A DNA stretch of 64,000 nucleotides, taken from assembly GCA_001643675.2 (NCBI GenBank), contig LSRY02000045.1, forward strand, positions 62,001 to 126,000, written 5' to 3'. This document shows, piece after piece, positions 37,471-50,409 of this stretch; the first letter of the stretch is position 1; the number at the start of each line of letters is the position of its first letter. Source of the stretch: Monocercomonoides exilis PA203 (taxonomy: Eukaryota > Protista > Preaxostyla). The notes below the pieces were generated by a model. It searched no databases, was not told where the DNA came from, and saw only the letters and a program-made list of their open reading frames with translations. The translations under genes were made by a program, and so were the position numbers.

Positions 37471-40400
37471 CAACTCAACTCCATTTTATTTTATAGAACA
37501 AAAAATAGTTGAAAGATATGTTTTGAAACAATACAATCAAAAATTGTCGATGATCATACCAATGTTCATTCATTCCATCGAGATTTAGCGTCTTTTTTAG
37601 AATGGAACAAAAGAATGATTTGATTTTTTAAAAATAACTAATTTTAATGGGATATATTGATCATTCGACAATTTTCAAAAACATGTCAAATGAATCCTTT
37701 CATACATATTTTAATTTCTATTGCTTTATTTATTTTTTTTTTTTTTTTATTTTTTATTTTATTTTATTTTATTTTATTTTTTTTTTTTTTTTTTTTTGTG
37801 AGGTGGAAAACTGGTGACGGACGTGATAAACTTTTTTCTTTACGTCACCCAGGCTGACTTTTAATGTTTGTTTGTTGCAAAATCCGAAGAAAAATTAGTG
37901 ACCACTTTTGTGATCGAGATTTTTAATTTCACATATTTTCAGGAAAATGGAACGTATTTATAATTTTTTGTATTTTATTGTGTCAAAAATAAATATGCGT
38001 TAATTTTCATGTGGATATTTTTGTGAGCAAAGCGCAAAGCAATTAATGAATTTGAACCATATTCTCATTTTATTTCTATTAAAAAAGCTGCAATAATAGC
38101 AACCAATACGATTTTTTTCATAAATAATTTGTCAGCCCGAGATGGAATATCAGTGAAAATGAAAGAATAATAATTCATCTTTCAGAAATGCATCTGAAAC
38201 TGTATCTTCTTCATCGAATTTTAATATGGAGATTCACTGTGTACAGTGACAGAACAACAATTTTGTTCGCATTCCAATATATATAACATTTGATGCTTAT
38301 AACAGACGTCAAATATCAAATAGAATTTGAGTCTTCATGCTCTAATTCTTCTTAGTCATTAGAAATTTAACTATTTCAATCATGCACCAGTTTGAAGCTT
38401 AAACATTTCATTCATCCGCTTCGCTGATGCGATATAATATTCTTCTTTTGCATCACGAGGATTTCACTTTTTCCTATTTGCTGAGATTTTCAAATATGAC
38501 TTATTCCGATTGCAGCACAACAATGCATTCAACTCATGCTGAAAATGTCTTCAAATCCATTTTTTGCTCGTATAATTCTTCTTCTTCCTCTTCTTTCATA
38601 TTCGTTTCCTTCGTCTTTATCGTAGTCGTCTTCTCTTCCTTTCAGTCTTCTTTTTCTCCACAAAATTCAGAATGTGTTCATTTTGTTAATTTGTTTCATC
38701 GTCTTCCTCTTCCTCTTTGCCTTCCTATTCTTCGTCTCTCATCTTCATAAACAATCACCTTATATGCTTGCTCTCTCAGCACAACGATTTAGCAACCTTT
38801 TCACATCATTCAGTTCGTCTGCTGTTTTCCGCAATCTTTATCTTCTCCTTCTCTTTCTTCTTCTTTTCGATATAATCAAAATAACCAACAAACTTCTAAT
38901 AAGAAAATGATTAAAAGTCTTCTTTCACTTCTTCTTCTTCTTCTTCGTCTTCGTCTTCCTATTCTTCTTCTTCTTCTTCCTCTTCCAATTTCTGGTTTTT
39001 TGATGAAAACAAACCTTCCTTTAATGCCTTCACGAAAAGAAAATGATGGAAAAGGGAATAACAGAAAGGAAGGAAGAAGAAGAAGAAAAGAAGAAGAAGA
39101 AGAGAATGCAAAGCATGTTGCAGCTCAGGAGAATTTCCACAACGAACAAACTCGAATGTTTGAGAAGATATCAACTAAGGAGAAAGACAAGCGGAAGATG
39201 AATGAAAAGATTCACAGAGAATGAGCTGACTGTGGAGGCGAAGCGGGAGATTTAGGAAAAATGGATGATGGCTTTCTTTCGAGCAGAAGAGAGAGAGACG
39301 AAGGAGGCGAAGGAATAAAAAATGCTTTGATTTCTAGTGGATTGTTATCTTCATAGGACAGCACGAGCAGAATGGGACCAAGCTTGTTAGCGATGGAAGT
39401 TGTAAAAAAAAGCAGCAAATGCAGATGAAACATATGGATCTTCCTCCTGGTCCAATCACAAAACATATTCAGCTGAAGTTGGTTCAATTTTTGAGAACAA
39501 AAAATACGAAATTGACAATATCTGCCAATTTCAATTGCTGCTGAAGAAGAAGAAGACAGAGAGGCAAAGTGTCGATAATCCGGGAAGAGAAGGAGAGGAA
39601 GGTGCGCTGACAGTGCTTGTGGAGCAAAGGAGGTTTGATGGGAGTGACGGAGCAGACGCAGAAATGGAGGAGCTTAACGTCATCCAATACTCGCAACATG
39701 TACAGAACACTTTGTGTGCTTTTCGCGACAGCTTTCTGTGCGCTCCATCACCGAGGCCTTCGTCTGCCCTCAGTTCGCGATAGACTTATTTCGGAGGAAG
39801 CAGTAGTAGGAGTGGTCTCCTGAGATTCCTCAGGTTAACACAGAATGCTCACTGTTTGCTTCGTGTGTGGTGCAGGATGTGAAAATGAATCTGTTCTATG
39901 AACAGAATGAGAACTCGATTTGGAATGGCCGGTCGTCGGTAACGGATGAGAAATTTGAGGCGAATGACCCTCTCATCTTATTTACAGGCACCATTGCGAA
40001 GATCTCTTGAAAGTGCCGCTTTCTGCGCTGCATGGACAGGTACAATGGAAGAGAGTATGGAAGCTTCGTGTGGTTGGAATTTTGCGATGACACGGACCAG
40101 ATAGAGAAGAATGTGGTGGAAGCAGCAGAGAAGAAGGGAAATGGAAGCTTCAGTGGAATCTACCAGTCTGAGTTGGATTTTTTGTTGTCTGATTCGAGCA
40201 GGGAAGAAACACAGGCGTAGAAGTTTATCATATAGCCAAAGAGGATTGCGAATGAAAAGCAGACTTAGTTCACGTCACAGGACAAGGAAACAGTCGAAGA
40301 GGCGAAGTTGGACGCTCCCAGTGCAGCAAGCTTTATGAGACTAATAAATGAAAACGTCTATCTTTGGGGGAAATTAGCTATTCACATACAAGATTGACTA

Positions 40401-42599
40401 GATTTTCAAAGAAGAAAGATTTTAGGAAAGTGATGAGAGCAAAGGCTGCGGATGTTCTGAGCTCGACGAGAGAAAAAAACAGAATTTCAGACGGATCAAT
40501 GTTGGTGATGGAGAAGATTGGAATAAATGTTTGTGTTTATTTTCTTTTTATTTAACAAAGAAATATTATCAATTTATAATAAATTGCTTATTTTTATTAT
40601 TATTTTTCATTTCTTTTAAAAATTTTGGACTATTTGCTTTTATTTTTCTCATTTTCTTGTGAACAGACATTCTTGACAGGGATTTGTTAGTTGATCGCAT
40701 TGGTCATTTTGTGAGTGTGTGCATTGACAACCTGCATCGAAATGCCTGTCTGAACTGCCTCTGCATAGAAATCATTGAAACACCTTATCTTTCCACTCTG
40801 TTGTGACTCACACAAACAATCTCCATTAAATTCTGTGCGAGACACGATGAAGGCACAGTTCCTCATTTAATAAGGTTTGTAATATTTTTCTATTATTAAA
40901 TATTTACTTTTATTCCATTTCTTGTTTTTCAAATTAATCTTATTCATATTTTTGTTTCAATTAATTCAATCAAATAATATTCAAACATATGAATCATCCC
41001 TCATTTAATCACTTTTTTTAATCGGTTTCGATCGCGAAGCATGGGCTGCGGATCTCTTCCAGGATAGCTTCTCAGAGTTTCTGCTGCCATTGGAAACAGA
41101 ACAGAAAAAAAAGACTGAACAATGTGCCATCTCCACCGCACCATTTGCTTCAACAGATATTTCGGTGAAGCCGATGACTGCCTCCTTTCCACACATGCTG
41201 GCTTTCTCTTTTCAGAGTCCACTTTAGATATCTTCTCTTCATCATCAATACCTTCTTCTTCTTCTTCCTTCTTAGATCAGTCATCCACAAACCGCTTTAT
41301 TGTTTTTATGATCGAAAAAGTCAAACTCTTTTCATCCAAAGCAAACATCCTTTCATATTTCTCACAAAAGACCTTTCTTTCTCCTCCACCTCCAATTATC
41401 ATCTGAATATATTTCTTCTCCATCACCCTCCAGAACTCCTTCTTCTCCACCTCTCAACAACTCCATTTGGTATCGATTCTTTTCTTCTGCTCCCTCCAAA
41501 TGCTCTCATTCTTTCATCAAATATCCTCAAATAGTTGGACACCTTCATTTTTCACATTCGCAAGTTCCACAATAGCTACCACATGCCCACGCCTTACGGG
41601 CTTTGCCAGCTCTTTAACATTAACCAACTCATCGCAATGTTCTTCTTCTTCTTTGGTGTCCTCCTCCTGCTGAAGGGACATCAATGAACAGATCGCTCTA
41701 TTCAGCCCATCATTATCAATCACTATCACATCTGAAGCCCGCTCCCCAATCAACAAAGTTGTCTCTTCCTTCCTTTTCACTCAATTTGAACCACGGCCGC
41801 TGAGTTTGCATTCTTCACATTTGTGATTTGCTCCTTCATACGTGTTATCTACAGAAACAAATATTTATTCAAAAGGATATTCATTTTCTTCTTGTGGAGA
41901 TAGAAGCAAAAATGGCTGGATAAGTTGGATGACAAGCAGTTTTCCTGAGGTTCTTGTCTTGCAGTTGTTTTCTGCAGCGTCACCGATGAACATCCTTTTT
42001 TCAAGCACGGGAATATATCAACAAAAATACAACAACCAGAGAAATGAGTATTTTGCTCATTTTTCTTCTATCGCTTTCAACAGAATCAGATGATACTTTG
42101 AAGAAATTATTGTTCACTTTTGAGAAATTAATTTATGATTCGGCTGTTTGATAAAGAAGGAGAAGTTGAGAAAGAAGAGGTTGCTACAGAATAGGAAAAG
42201 AGAATGACAGAGGAAGATACTCGCCTTTGAAAATATACGGAGTAATCTTATCGTGTTATTCATCTTCCTCGTCTTCTTCCTCGTCTTCTTCCTTTTCTTT
42301 TGCGTCGTTCATTTCCCAGTCCCCTTCCATTGTCTCGCCCTCTGATGATGCTGCTGTTAGCATCAGGTGGGTATTGGAAGTTGCATCATTCTCATCTCTT
42401 CCTCTTCATTCTCTTATTCTAATCCTTCTTCTTCTCTCTCCTTCTTCTCGACCTCCTTCCACTTTCAACGCTTTCTGCAAATTTCTTCTTTTGCTGGATA
42501 AGGAGCTCTCCAAAAGAGAAGAAGAAGAAGGAGAAATTGAGAGAGAAAGAAAGTGACAAAGATTAGAAATAGCATGTTTCAACTTTTATAATTTCTTAT

Positions 42600-43240
42600 C
42601 GCATTATACACACAAAAACTATTCTGTTGCTTCAACTGCATCTTCCTCTTCACCTTCAGCTTCCTTGTCTTCTTTGTCTTTATCTTCGCAACATTCTATT
42701 GCACCTTCTTCAGAAGCCCCGTAGCGTTTTGCGTTCTCTTTCAGGGCATCTTTACCAACTTGCAATTCACTTCCTTGATGCCAAGATGACCATCCACGCA
42801 TTCATTGTCAGCTGTACGCCCGTTGAGAAATATAAACAAATCGAAATTCCAATCGCCAAATGCATCTGTTCTGTCATGTCCAACGACCGAGTTGTCTTTC
42901 TGAGTGATGTTTCCCATGAAGGCGAACAAGGGCTCTTTCACAGAAGCGACAAGGGACTCACACACAAAATACACATCTCTTCCGACACTGGCCTTGTTGG
43001 CTGAAAACACGATATTGGTGATGGAAAAGGAGGATTCTGACACTTGTGAATCATCCTTGTACTCGATCATGAGAGCGCCGCCTCTTCCTCCAGAACTTGT
43101 ATCCTCGCTCACAGAGCAGCTAGAGAAGGTGGTGTTGCTCACTGAAAATGTGTTGGCAGGGGTAGATGAGGCGAATGAGATGCACCCGCCATTGGTGGGA
43201 GTCTGTTGGTGTTGTGGAGCTGAGTTGAAGTTGGTGATGG
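42600..43240 (-). pseudogene. Beta-helix surface-protein fragment, near-identical inverted copy of ~51120-51660
   Basis: SNTTFSSCSVSEDTSSGGRGGALMIEY...FSANKASVGRDVYF is identical to part of ORF 50468-51706. Confidence 0.8.
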
Positions 43241-44049
43241 AGATGGAGAAGGCAGTGGAGTTGGCAAATAATGAAGAAATGAAAGAAGAGAGAAGAAGAA
43301 ACGAAGGATAAATGGAATGAATTCCATTGTATATAAAGGAGCGATAGAAGGCGTATGTTGAATGAGAATTTCAAAGAAACAATTGTGGAGAATTTTGGAC
43401 GAAGAACATATAGGATGGAGAGAGAAGTCCATAAGTTATAAGATCAGAAGAAGAGAAAGAGATACTAAGATAAAGTTTGATATTGTTTAAAGTATAATTT
43501 GATAATCTTCAATTTCGTTTAATGTTTGATGAAGCCGTTGAGCTATATGGCTGTTTTGAAAACTTGGTGACTTCATTTCAAATGAAGAAAAAGAAAATTC
43601 ATTTATTTTTACAGAATATTTAAATTTTCGAAAATTTTGCAATATTTTCCAGATCTTTCAATATTTTTTTTTTATAACCTCTGTTTTACATGTTAAGAAC
43701 TTTTATTTTATCTTTCTGATGAATTTGTTGGATTAACTTTATAAATTTTTGGTTTATTTTTATCTAACTTGATCAATAATTTGTTTTTCACTCTTAATAT
43801 ATAAAAGGTATGTTTTTTTGCATATAATAATAAAACAAATACATATTACAGAAATAAAAGCTTAATACTTGTAAAAAAAATCAATTTTCCTCTTTGATCA
43901 TAGAATACCACAATATATATTATTTTTTCGATTTTTGATCTTTTTTTATGATATCAAAAAAAATCACCCTTATTATTAATAGAAAACAGTTATAAAAAAA
44001 AAATATAATGAAAATTTCAATGTGAATATGTGAAAAAACTTTATCAAAA

Positions 44050-44296
44050 GTGAAAATTCTGCACTTCGAGTAATCAATCAAGTGGGATTTGTTGATGGAA
44101 GCTTCGCAACCTTCAACAGGAGATGTTTCACTGAGACTTTTCAGTGCAATTTCAGGATTTAAGTCCTAAATGCCAGAATCCCTGAAAGTTGCGACGATAG
44201 CAGATGGCTTTAATGATTCTGATAATGCTTCTTTAAGTTTTTTGACGAAGTTGGATCTGTTTGATGCAGCATTGCTTCGCACAAAGTCTGTTACTG
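44050..44296 (-). pseudogene. 3' remnant of a pogo/Fot1-type (DDE_1) transposase
   Basis: Manual translation RSNFVKKLKEALSESLKPSAIVATFRDSGI*DLNPEIAL fits the I..xF..xGI.P.NP motif after the DDE_1 domain; internal stop. Confidence 0.45.
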
Positions 44297-44298
44297 TA

Positions 44299-44748
44299 CA
44301 GTCAAAACCGGATGTAATCACGTCGAATATTATCACATTCGTTTATTGTAACATTTTTCGATGCACCTTCATTTTTGGCCTATTTTTCATTCATTTTCCA
44401 TCGTATATAACCACAGGGCTGAAAATATATAATCGCATTTTTTATTAATATGGGTGATTTTTTCTTTGAAAAATCGAATTTTTGATCAAAAATCTCAATT
44501 TTTCGCGTTTTCAAAAATGTGCTCAAATAAGTTAAAATGATATGCATTTACGCAAAAAATTAATTTCGCAAGTGAAAAATGCGTTTTGATGAAGAATTTT
44601 CAAAAATGAAAAATTCGACACAAAGTTGATTTATTAATTAATTAATTTTTAATTTTTTCTGTGTGAAGCAGCATCGGATATTATCACAATCGGATATAGT
44701 CACAAAAAGTTGTGCAAAAACAGATGTGATTATATCCGGTTTAGACTG
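44299..44748. mobile_element. 450-bp pogo/Tc1-mariner-type MITE
   Basis: TA flanks at 44297-8 and 44749-50. TIRs CAGTCAAAACCGGATGTAATCAC vs CAGTCTAAACCGGATATAATCAC (21/23). Subterminal CGGATATTATCACA-like repeats at 44324, 44675 and 44691. Confidence 0.85.
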
Positions 44749-45479
44749 TATATTGAACATTGAATTGAAACTTTAAACGTTTTTATGAAATGGTGCATTC
44801 ATTTGTTTCCATCATATCCCAAAGGCTTTTTTCATTTCTTTTTGTTTTTCATTCTCTTTTTTTAAATGTGTCAATAACGTTCGCTATTTTAATGAAAAAA
44901 GCGTATCGTTCATCATTTTTAATAAAGGAGTTATTTTTGATAATGGATCAATACAATTCCTTTCCTTTTTTCAAGCAATGATTCATTTTGCTTAAAGAAT
45001 CGTGCTTTATTGAATAATATAAAAAATAAAACATTTTTTTTCAAAAGAACATCTTTCGAAAAATAATAATAAAAACAAGCTAATTATTTTTTCAAAGCAC
45101 TCAATCAGGCTCATTCATCAACAAAATTACTTCAGCTTTAAAAGTTCTGTGTCTTTTTATCTTCAAACATCTTCTCAATTGGATCAAACCGATCTTCTTT
45201 ATCAATTCATTCCTTAGTGAACGAACACAGAATCTCATCAACCCGTGCGCTTTTTCTTTTGTTATGATTGATCAATGGATCCTCTCAAGTTGTTATTTTG
45301 CAAAGAATATGGACTAGTACGAAAGCAACAGCATATTCAATTCGATCAAAAGTTATACGATTCTGTTATTCACCTGTTCAATTCTCTGGGTTCAAAATTT
45401 TTTGTTTTGTCTTTTTTGAACTTGCTTTTCATGCTGCACAATTTGTTGGTTGAATTGCCTTTTTCATTAATAAGAATGA

Positions 45480-46286
45480 CATTGATGATTCCATCGATCC
45501 TGATTCACACAATGTGAAGAATATTGCCCCTCCTTTTTCACTTGTTTCTGCCTTGTCTTCTGTGATGTTGCTCTCATTCACAACAAAACAAATCTTATTC
45601 TCACTCTTTGAATCCAAAATGCTCGCTCCATTGTCACTTCTCTTCACTCCTGAAAATGATGAATTATCAATGTTGAGACTCATTTCCTCACTCACTTCAT
45701 TTATCTTTGTTGTTAATTCAGTTCCTTTGATCAGAAGAAGACATCCTCTGCTTTCATTCAACGATTCCACTCGAACATTCTTCAACTGGCAAGAAATTCC
45801 AACATCATAAATTGCAAAAATACTATTTCCAACATTGCATGATTCCATCGACAAATCATTCACTTCCACACTGCCTCCAATCACATCTACAAATACACAA
45901 TCAAATCCATTGTTTACTCCTGCTTCTGAATGGAATGAACATCCAGTTACCACCAAATCTCCATTTCTATTTGAAATAATCGTTTTAGCTGAGTTGTCAA
46001 ATCCAGATGCCAGTTGAAGTTGAATATTTGTCAATTCAAAATGATCATCATTTTCCATGAAATATTCTAGCTGACTATCAGTTGCCTTTTCAAAATTCAA
46101 TATCGCTTTCACATTCTCTTCTCCCATCTTCACACTCTTTTTGATCTGATAATTGGACACATCGAATGAATCTCGAATAACAGTTGATCCTTCAATCTGA
46201 ATTGTTTTCTTTCCATTTTCCTTTTCCATGTTTTCCATCCCTTTCCACATTGTGAAGCATGGCTCTTCTTCACTTCCACGATGCAC
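45480..46286 (-). pseudogene. Internal fragment of another beta-helix surface-protein subfamily
   Basis: RGSEEEPCFTMWKG, FSGVKRSDNGASI and KGGAIFFTL; truncated at both ends. Confidence 0.65.
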
Positions 46287-49200
46287 AACATTAAATGAAC
46301 AAAAAAAGTTTAATCAATACATTTTTCTTTTTTTTTAAAAAAAACAACAAATAACAAACTTTTATTAAGTTCATTGTTTTAATAACTCAACATTAAATTG
46401 TATTCGGAAATTGAAGTTTATCTGTGCAAAAACGTTTCTCTTCAGGATGTTATCATCGTATCAAATACAAAAAAGACATAGAAATAAAAATGAACAAGAA
46501 AATTTATGAAATATAAAATCAAAATAAATTAAATTTTCTGAAAAAGAGTTATTTGTAACCTTTTGCGTTCCCTTGCGAACATAAATGAACTGATATAAGG
46601 TTGTTACAAATATTCAAGCAAAAATGCTCACTTTAATGTGACTGTGAATAAAAGCTGTTTTCAATAAAAAAACAAGTGTGCATATAATAGTGTGCTTTAA
46701 TTATCTTTAAAAAATGAAAGGATAGAAAACTATTGAATTCGAATTAAACAAAAACAGCATAATCAACTTTTCATTAAAAATATGGTTTTAATGTGGGTTT
46801 GAACAAAAATATTTTATTTAATTTTTTATTTATGATAAATATTTTTATGATGAAAATTAACAAATAAAATAAGTCCATATTATAATGCAAACACGTTGGA
46901 TGTCCAAAAATCACGTTTTCTTCAAAAATTGAATATCTTTCAATGAAATTCATGCTTTGATGGGTCATTTTTCAAAAATCATTTTTTTCAACAAGAAAAA
47001 ATATTTTCGAAAAATCGGTCTGTAAAAAGTTTTTAAATAATTATTATCTATTAATTCGTTATAACATGAGTGCTTTAAACCGCAAATTGCAAAAGGAACG
47101 CGTTTGAACCTATGCCTAATCATGTTAATAACAGTTTCCTTTGTTGATATTTCAGTTTTTCAAAAAAAAGGTAAGGCATGAAAACTGTTCAAAAAAAAGA
47201 GTTTCTATAGTTATAAAATAGCCAAAAATGTTAAAAAGAAAAGTTTCAAAACAATGCCAACAAGGAAAACGCTTGATTTCAAAAACTCGTGGAAACACGA
47301 GCAAAACATTGATCAAAAAATATAACTTCAAAAATTCAGATCTTTTTTTAAAAGAAATGATTTTCAAAAATATTTGGTATACAACCTTATAATAATATAT
47401 TATTTGTTTGAAAATTATTCTCATTGCGTACAAACTTCTATGCAAAGCAATATGAGGAAAAAAAAATTTGGATCCAATAAAAAACGTGTCACTAATATAA
47501 ATTTGACACTGCTCATTTTTCTCTTTTTTGATATTTTTTTAATATTTTTTTAATAAAAATTGCCATATGTTTTTTTAAAAAAAAATTTTAACATTTTTAA
47601 TCCCACTTTATTTTGAAGAGTGAATGTTAAAAATAAAAGTGAGATATCTTCTGAGAATTATTTATAATCATCAATTCTTCAAAAAACATCCTCAAATAAT
47701 TTTCTCTTTTTGAGATTAATGTTGATAAAAATTAAGCACTTGTTCATTCATCCATCCATGTGATTATTTCAAAGTTTTGATAAAATTTTCTGTGTTTCTC
47801 CTAAAGATATTTCTCATTTCTTTGTTGTTCCAAATATGTTTTTGTTCACAAGAGTGAAATGAAAATAAAAATAAAAATCAATCAATCTACATTTTTCACA
47901 GCTACGAGGAGAAGAATCCAACAAAAATGTGCCTTTTTGATCAAAAAATGATGTTTAAAACAAATAATCATTGTGATGAAAATTTTAACATAAATACAGC
48001 TTCAAAAAATTATCAAATATACGCTGACCGATTAAGCGAAATTTGATGTTTTCTGCTTTTGAATGCATAAGATAAATATCTTTCTCAATCTGTGGATCAA
48101 AAAATATTGTTTAATTATTTCAAAGAACATGATTAATAACAATTCATCAGGTTGTTTTTTCATTTGCTTCAAACAAATCAAGTGCTCTTGGTATGAAAAA
48201 CTCCAAATAAAAACTCTTTTGTTCTATCAAGTTCTAATCTGAAAACAAGTATTATTTTTCATCAATATCTCAAAAGCAATCAGCATTTATAGTCACAGTG
48301 AATGCCAAAAAACCTTGAACAATATCTTCGAAAGATATTCTTTTTGCTTTTAGCTCAGAAAAAATCCTTTGCTTAATGATTCATATCAAATGAGTTGACA
48401 AAACGCAAAAAATAAATAAACAAAACTTTGCATATTTTTGTTTCATGTCACATATACAAGTGAACAAAATAATAATCTTCTTTCTTTCACCTCTTCTTGT
48501 TCTTTCACTTGTTTCTTTTTTGAAAAAAACGAACTTAATTAATTGTCTCTGAAATGCAATGGTTTCATATTATTAGAAATTAAAATTTCAATGTTATTAT
48601 TGCTTTTCTGTTCATATAATACTTCTGCTTATTTTTTCCGACTCTTTCACATATCCGACTTGTGGAAACTGCAGTGAAAAAAGTGACTTCCAGTGGCTTT
48701 TAAAAATCCAAGTTTCAATTATCTTGTAACTAAACCATAATCAGAAAATTTTAATATTAAATAATTTTAGTTTTTCGCTTTCATTTCGAATATGCATTTT
48801 CTTTTTCAAAAACAATTATCATTACAAATCATCAGTATTTTATTTTATTTTCCTTAAGAAAAGGTCTGAAATATATATTTTGAAAAAAAATTATTTATGA
48901 TCAAAAAAAATGAACCTGTCGGTCACCTGTCTCAGTAATGTGGTAAATTTTTCCACTTGTCGCACAAATCAAGGAAAAATAAAAAAAAATGTTGGGTGGA
49001 ACAAAATTCCTAAAGCAAAAAATTTAGTAATAGATATTTTACGGCAACTATCTGTATTTAGCAAAATGCTTAGTTGTTACGAAAAATCAAGACTTGTTAC
49101 GGATAAATCATACTTGTTACGAAAAAAACCCATTCTTTCAGACAAAGATTTTATATTTAAAAGGAAACACGATTTATGTGTATTTTGAGACACTTGTGTT

Positions 49201-49539
49201 CCAATTTATTAGACTGATAAATTTTCATTAAAGATGAGTTATTAAACGATCGTAGATTTTTTTATTATGTATGAATCGTTTTTTGTGAACAAAAAACAAA
49301 AAATTATTTTATTTTATAAATTCTTTTTTCATATTGAAGCATTAAAACTGATAGCTCATGCTCCCAAGTTAGAAATACAGACATTCTACACAAAAATTAC
49401 GCTAATGGGATGCTATATTCACAAACATCATCGTCGTTTTCAGCAACAGCTTCCATTTCGAATTCATTGAAGACTTCTGTTTACTCCAGTCAAGCAAGCA
49501 GCAACTTAATGAAAAAACAAAAGAATGGCCTGAATGAAT

Positions 49540-50039
49540 GTGTTTCTCGATGAAAAATAATAGCGAATAGAGGATATCAGAGGGTGGTGGAAGGTTTGGA
49601 GTTAATATCTCCGATCAAAAATACTAAAGCTAATGAAGAGATCGAATACAACGCGCAGTTAGCTAAAAAGAGGATTCCTGTTGAATTGTTTTTTGGCAGG
49701 ATGAAACGACTGTGGAAGCAATTAGCGAACAGATATCGGAATGGGCTGGATGATACCAAAAATGATATAGAAATTGCTGTGTGGCTGACAAATCTAAATA
49801 TACAGGCAAACGATCTAACAGAAGATGATGGCAAGTTTGATCAGCAATGTCTTATTTTTAATCAAGATGAAGTGGAAAAGAAAACAGAAAAAAGGCGCGA
49901 ATCAAACTGTATGTTCAGAGAGAAAATGAAAAGAAAACGAAAATCAATGCACGATGAAGAAATACATATGGAGAATTCAAAACAACGGAAAATAGCTTGT
50001 GACGAGAGCAACAAAGAAATAGAAGGCAATGAAGAATAA
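49540..50039 (+). pseudogene. 3' remnant of a PIF/Harbinger-ISL2EU (DDE_Tnp_4-like) transposase
   Basis: ANRGYQ (cf. ADxGY), ISPIK..EIEYNAQLAKKRIPVELFFGRMKRLW..RYR..LTN; 5' part absent. Confidence 0.8.
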
Positions 50040-50409
50040 CTATTAAGCGATTTGCACTTTTCTTATTTCGGTTTTTTTATCATTTTACCTCGGTTTTCCT
50101 TTGTCTTGAAGATCTCTTTGGTTTTTTGCCGCCCATTTTTTCATCTCCTTCACTACAAATTAATTTTACAAATAAAAAGTTAATAAAGTTCAAAAATAAT
50201 ATTTCTCTGAAATAAAAAAGCATTAAACAATAACCTGAGGTTTTGCCACGCAGTCCTATCTTTCCGATTTGTTCTGCTAATACAGATATTCAGCCTTTTC
50301 TTTAACATGAAAATTTCTTATTTCATTCTTAAACCTGTCATTAGTTGTCAAGCTGCTGCAAAACAAAATACATGTCAATCTTTCGTAATGATATCTAATA
50401 TTTATTTGT

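Larger units (their letters stand above)
31595..37857 (+). mobile_element. hAT-superfamily DNA transposon, 6263 bp
   Basis: 8-bp TSD CTTTTAAT (31587-31594 and 37858-37865); short TIRs TAACCCTGGGTGACG / CGTCACCCAGGCTGA; TGACG subterminal repeats; hAT transposase remnants inside. Confidence 0.92.
31032..38196. mobile_element. ~0.9-kb foldback (palindromic) element interrupted by the hAT insertion
   Basis: 31032-31440 is the near-exact reverse complement of 31517-31594 joined to 37866-38196; spacer ~31441-31516. Confidence 0.85.

Noticed and set aside
38400-42560. Coding-like fragments
   Set aside because: Multiple stops and no recognisable motif, so I could not support a gene model.
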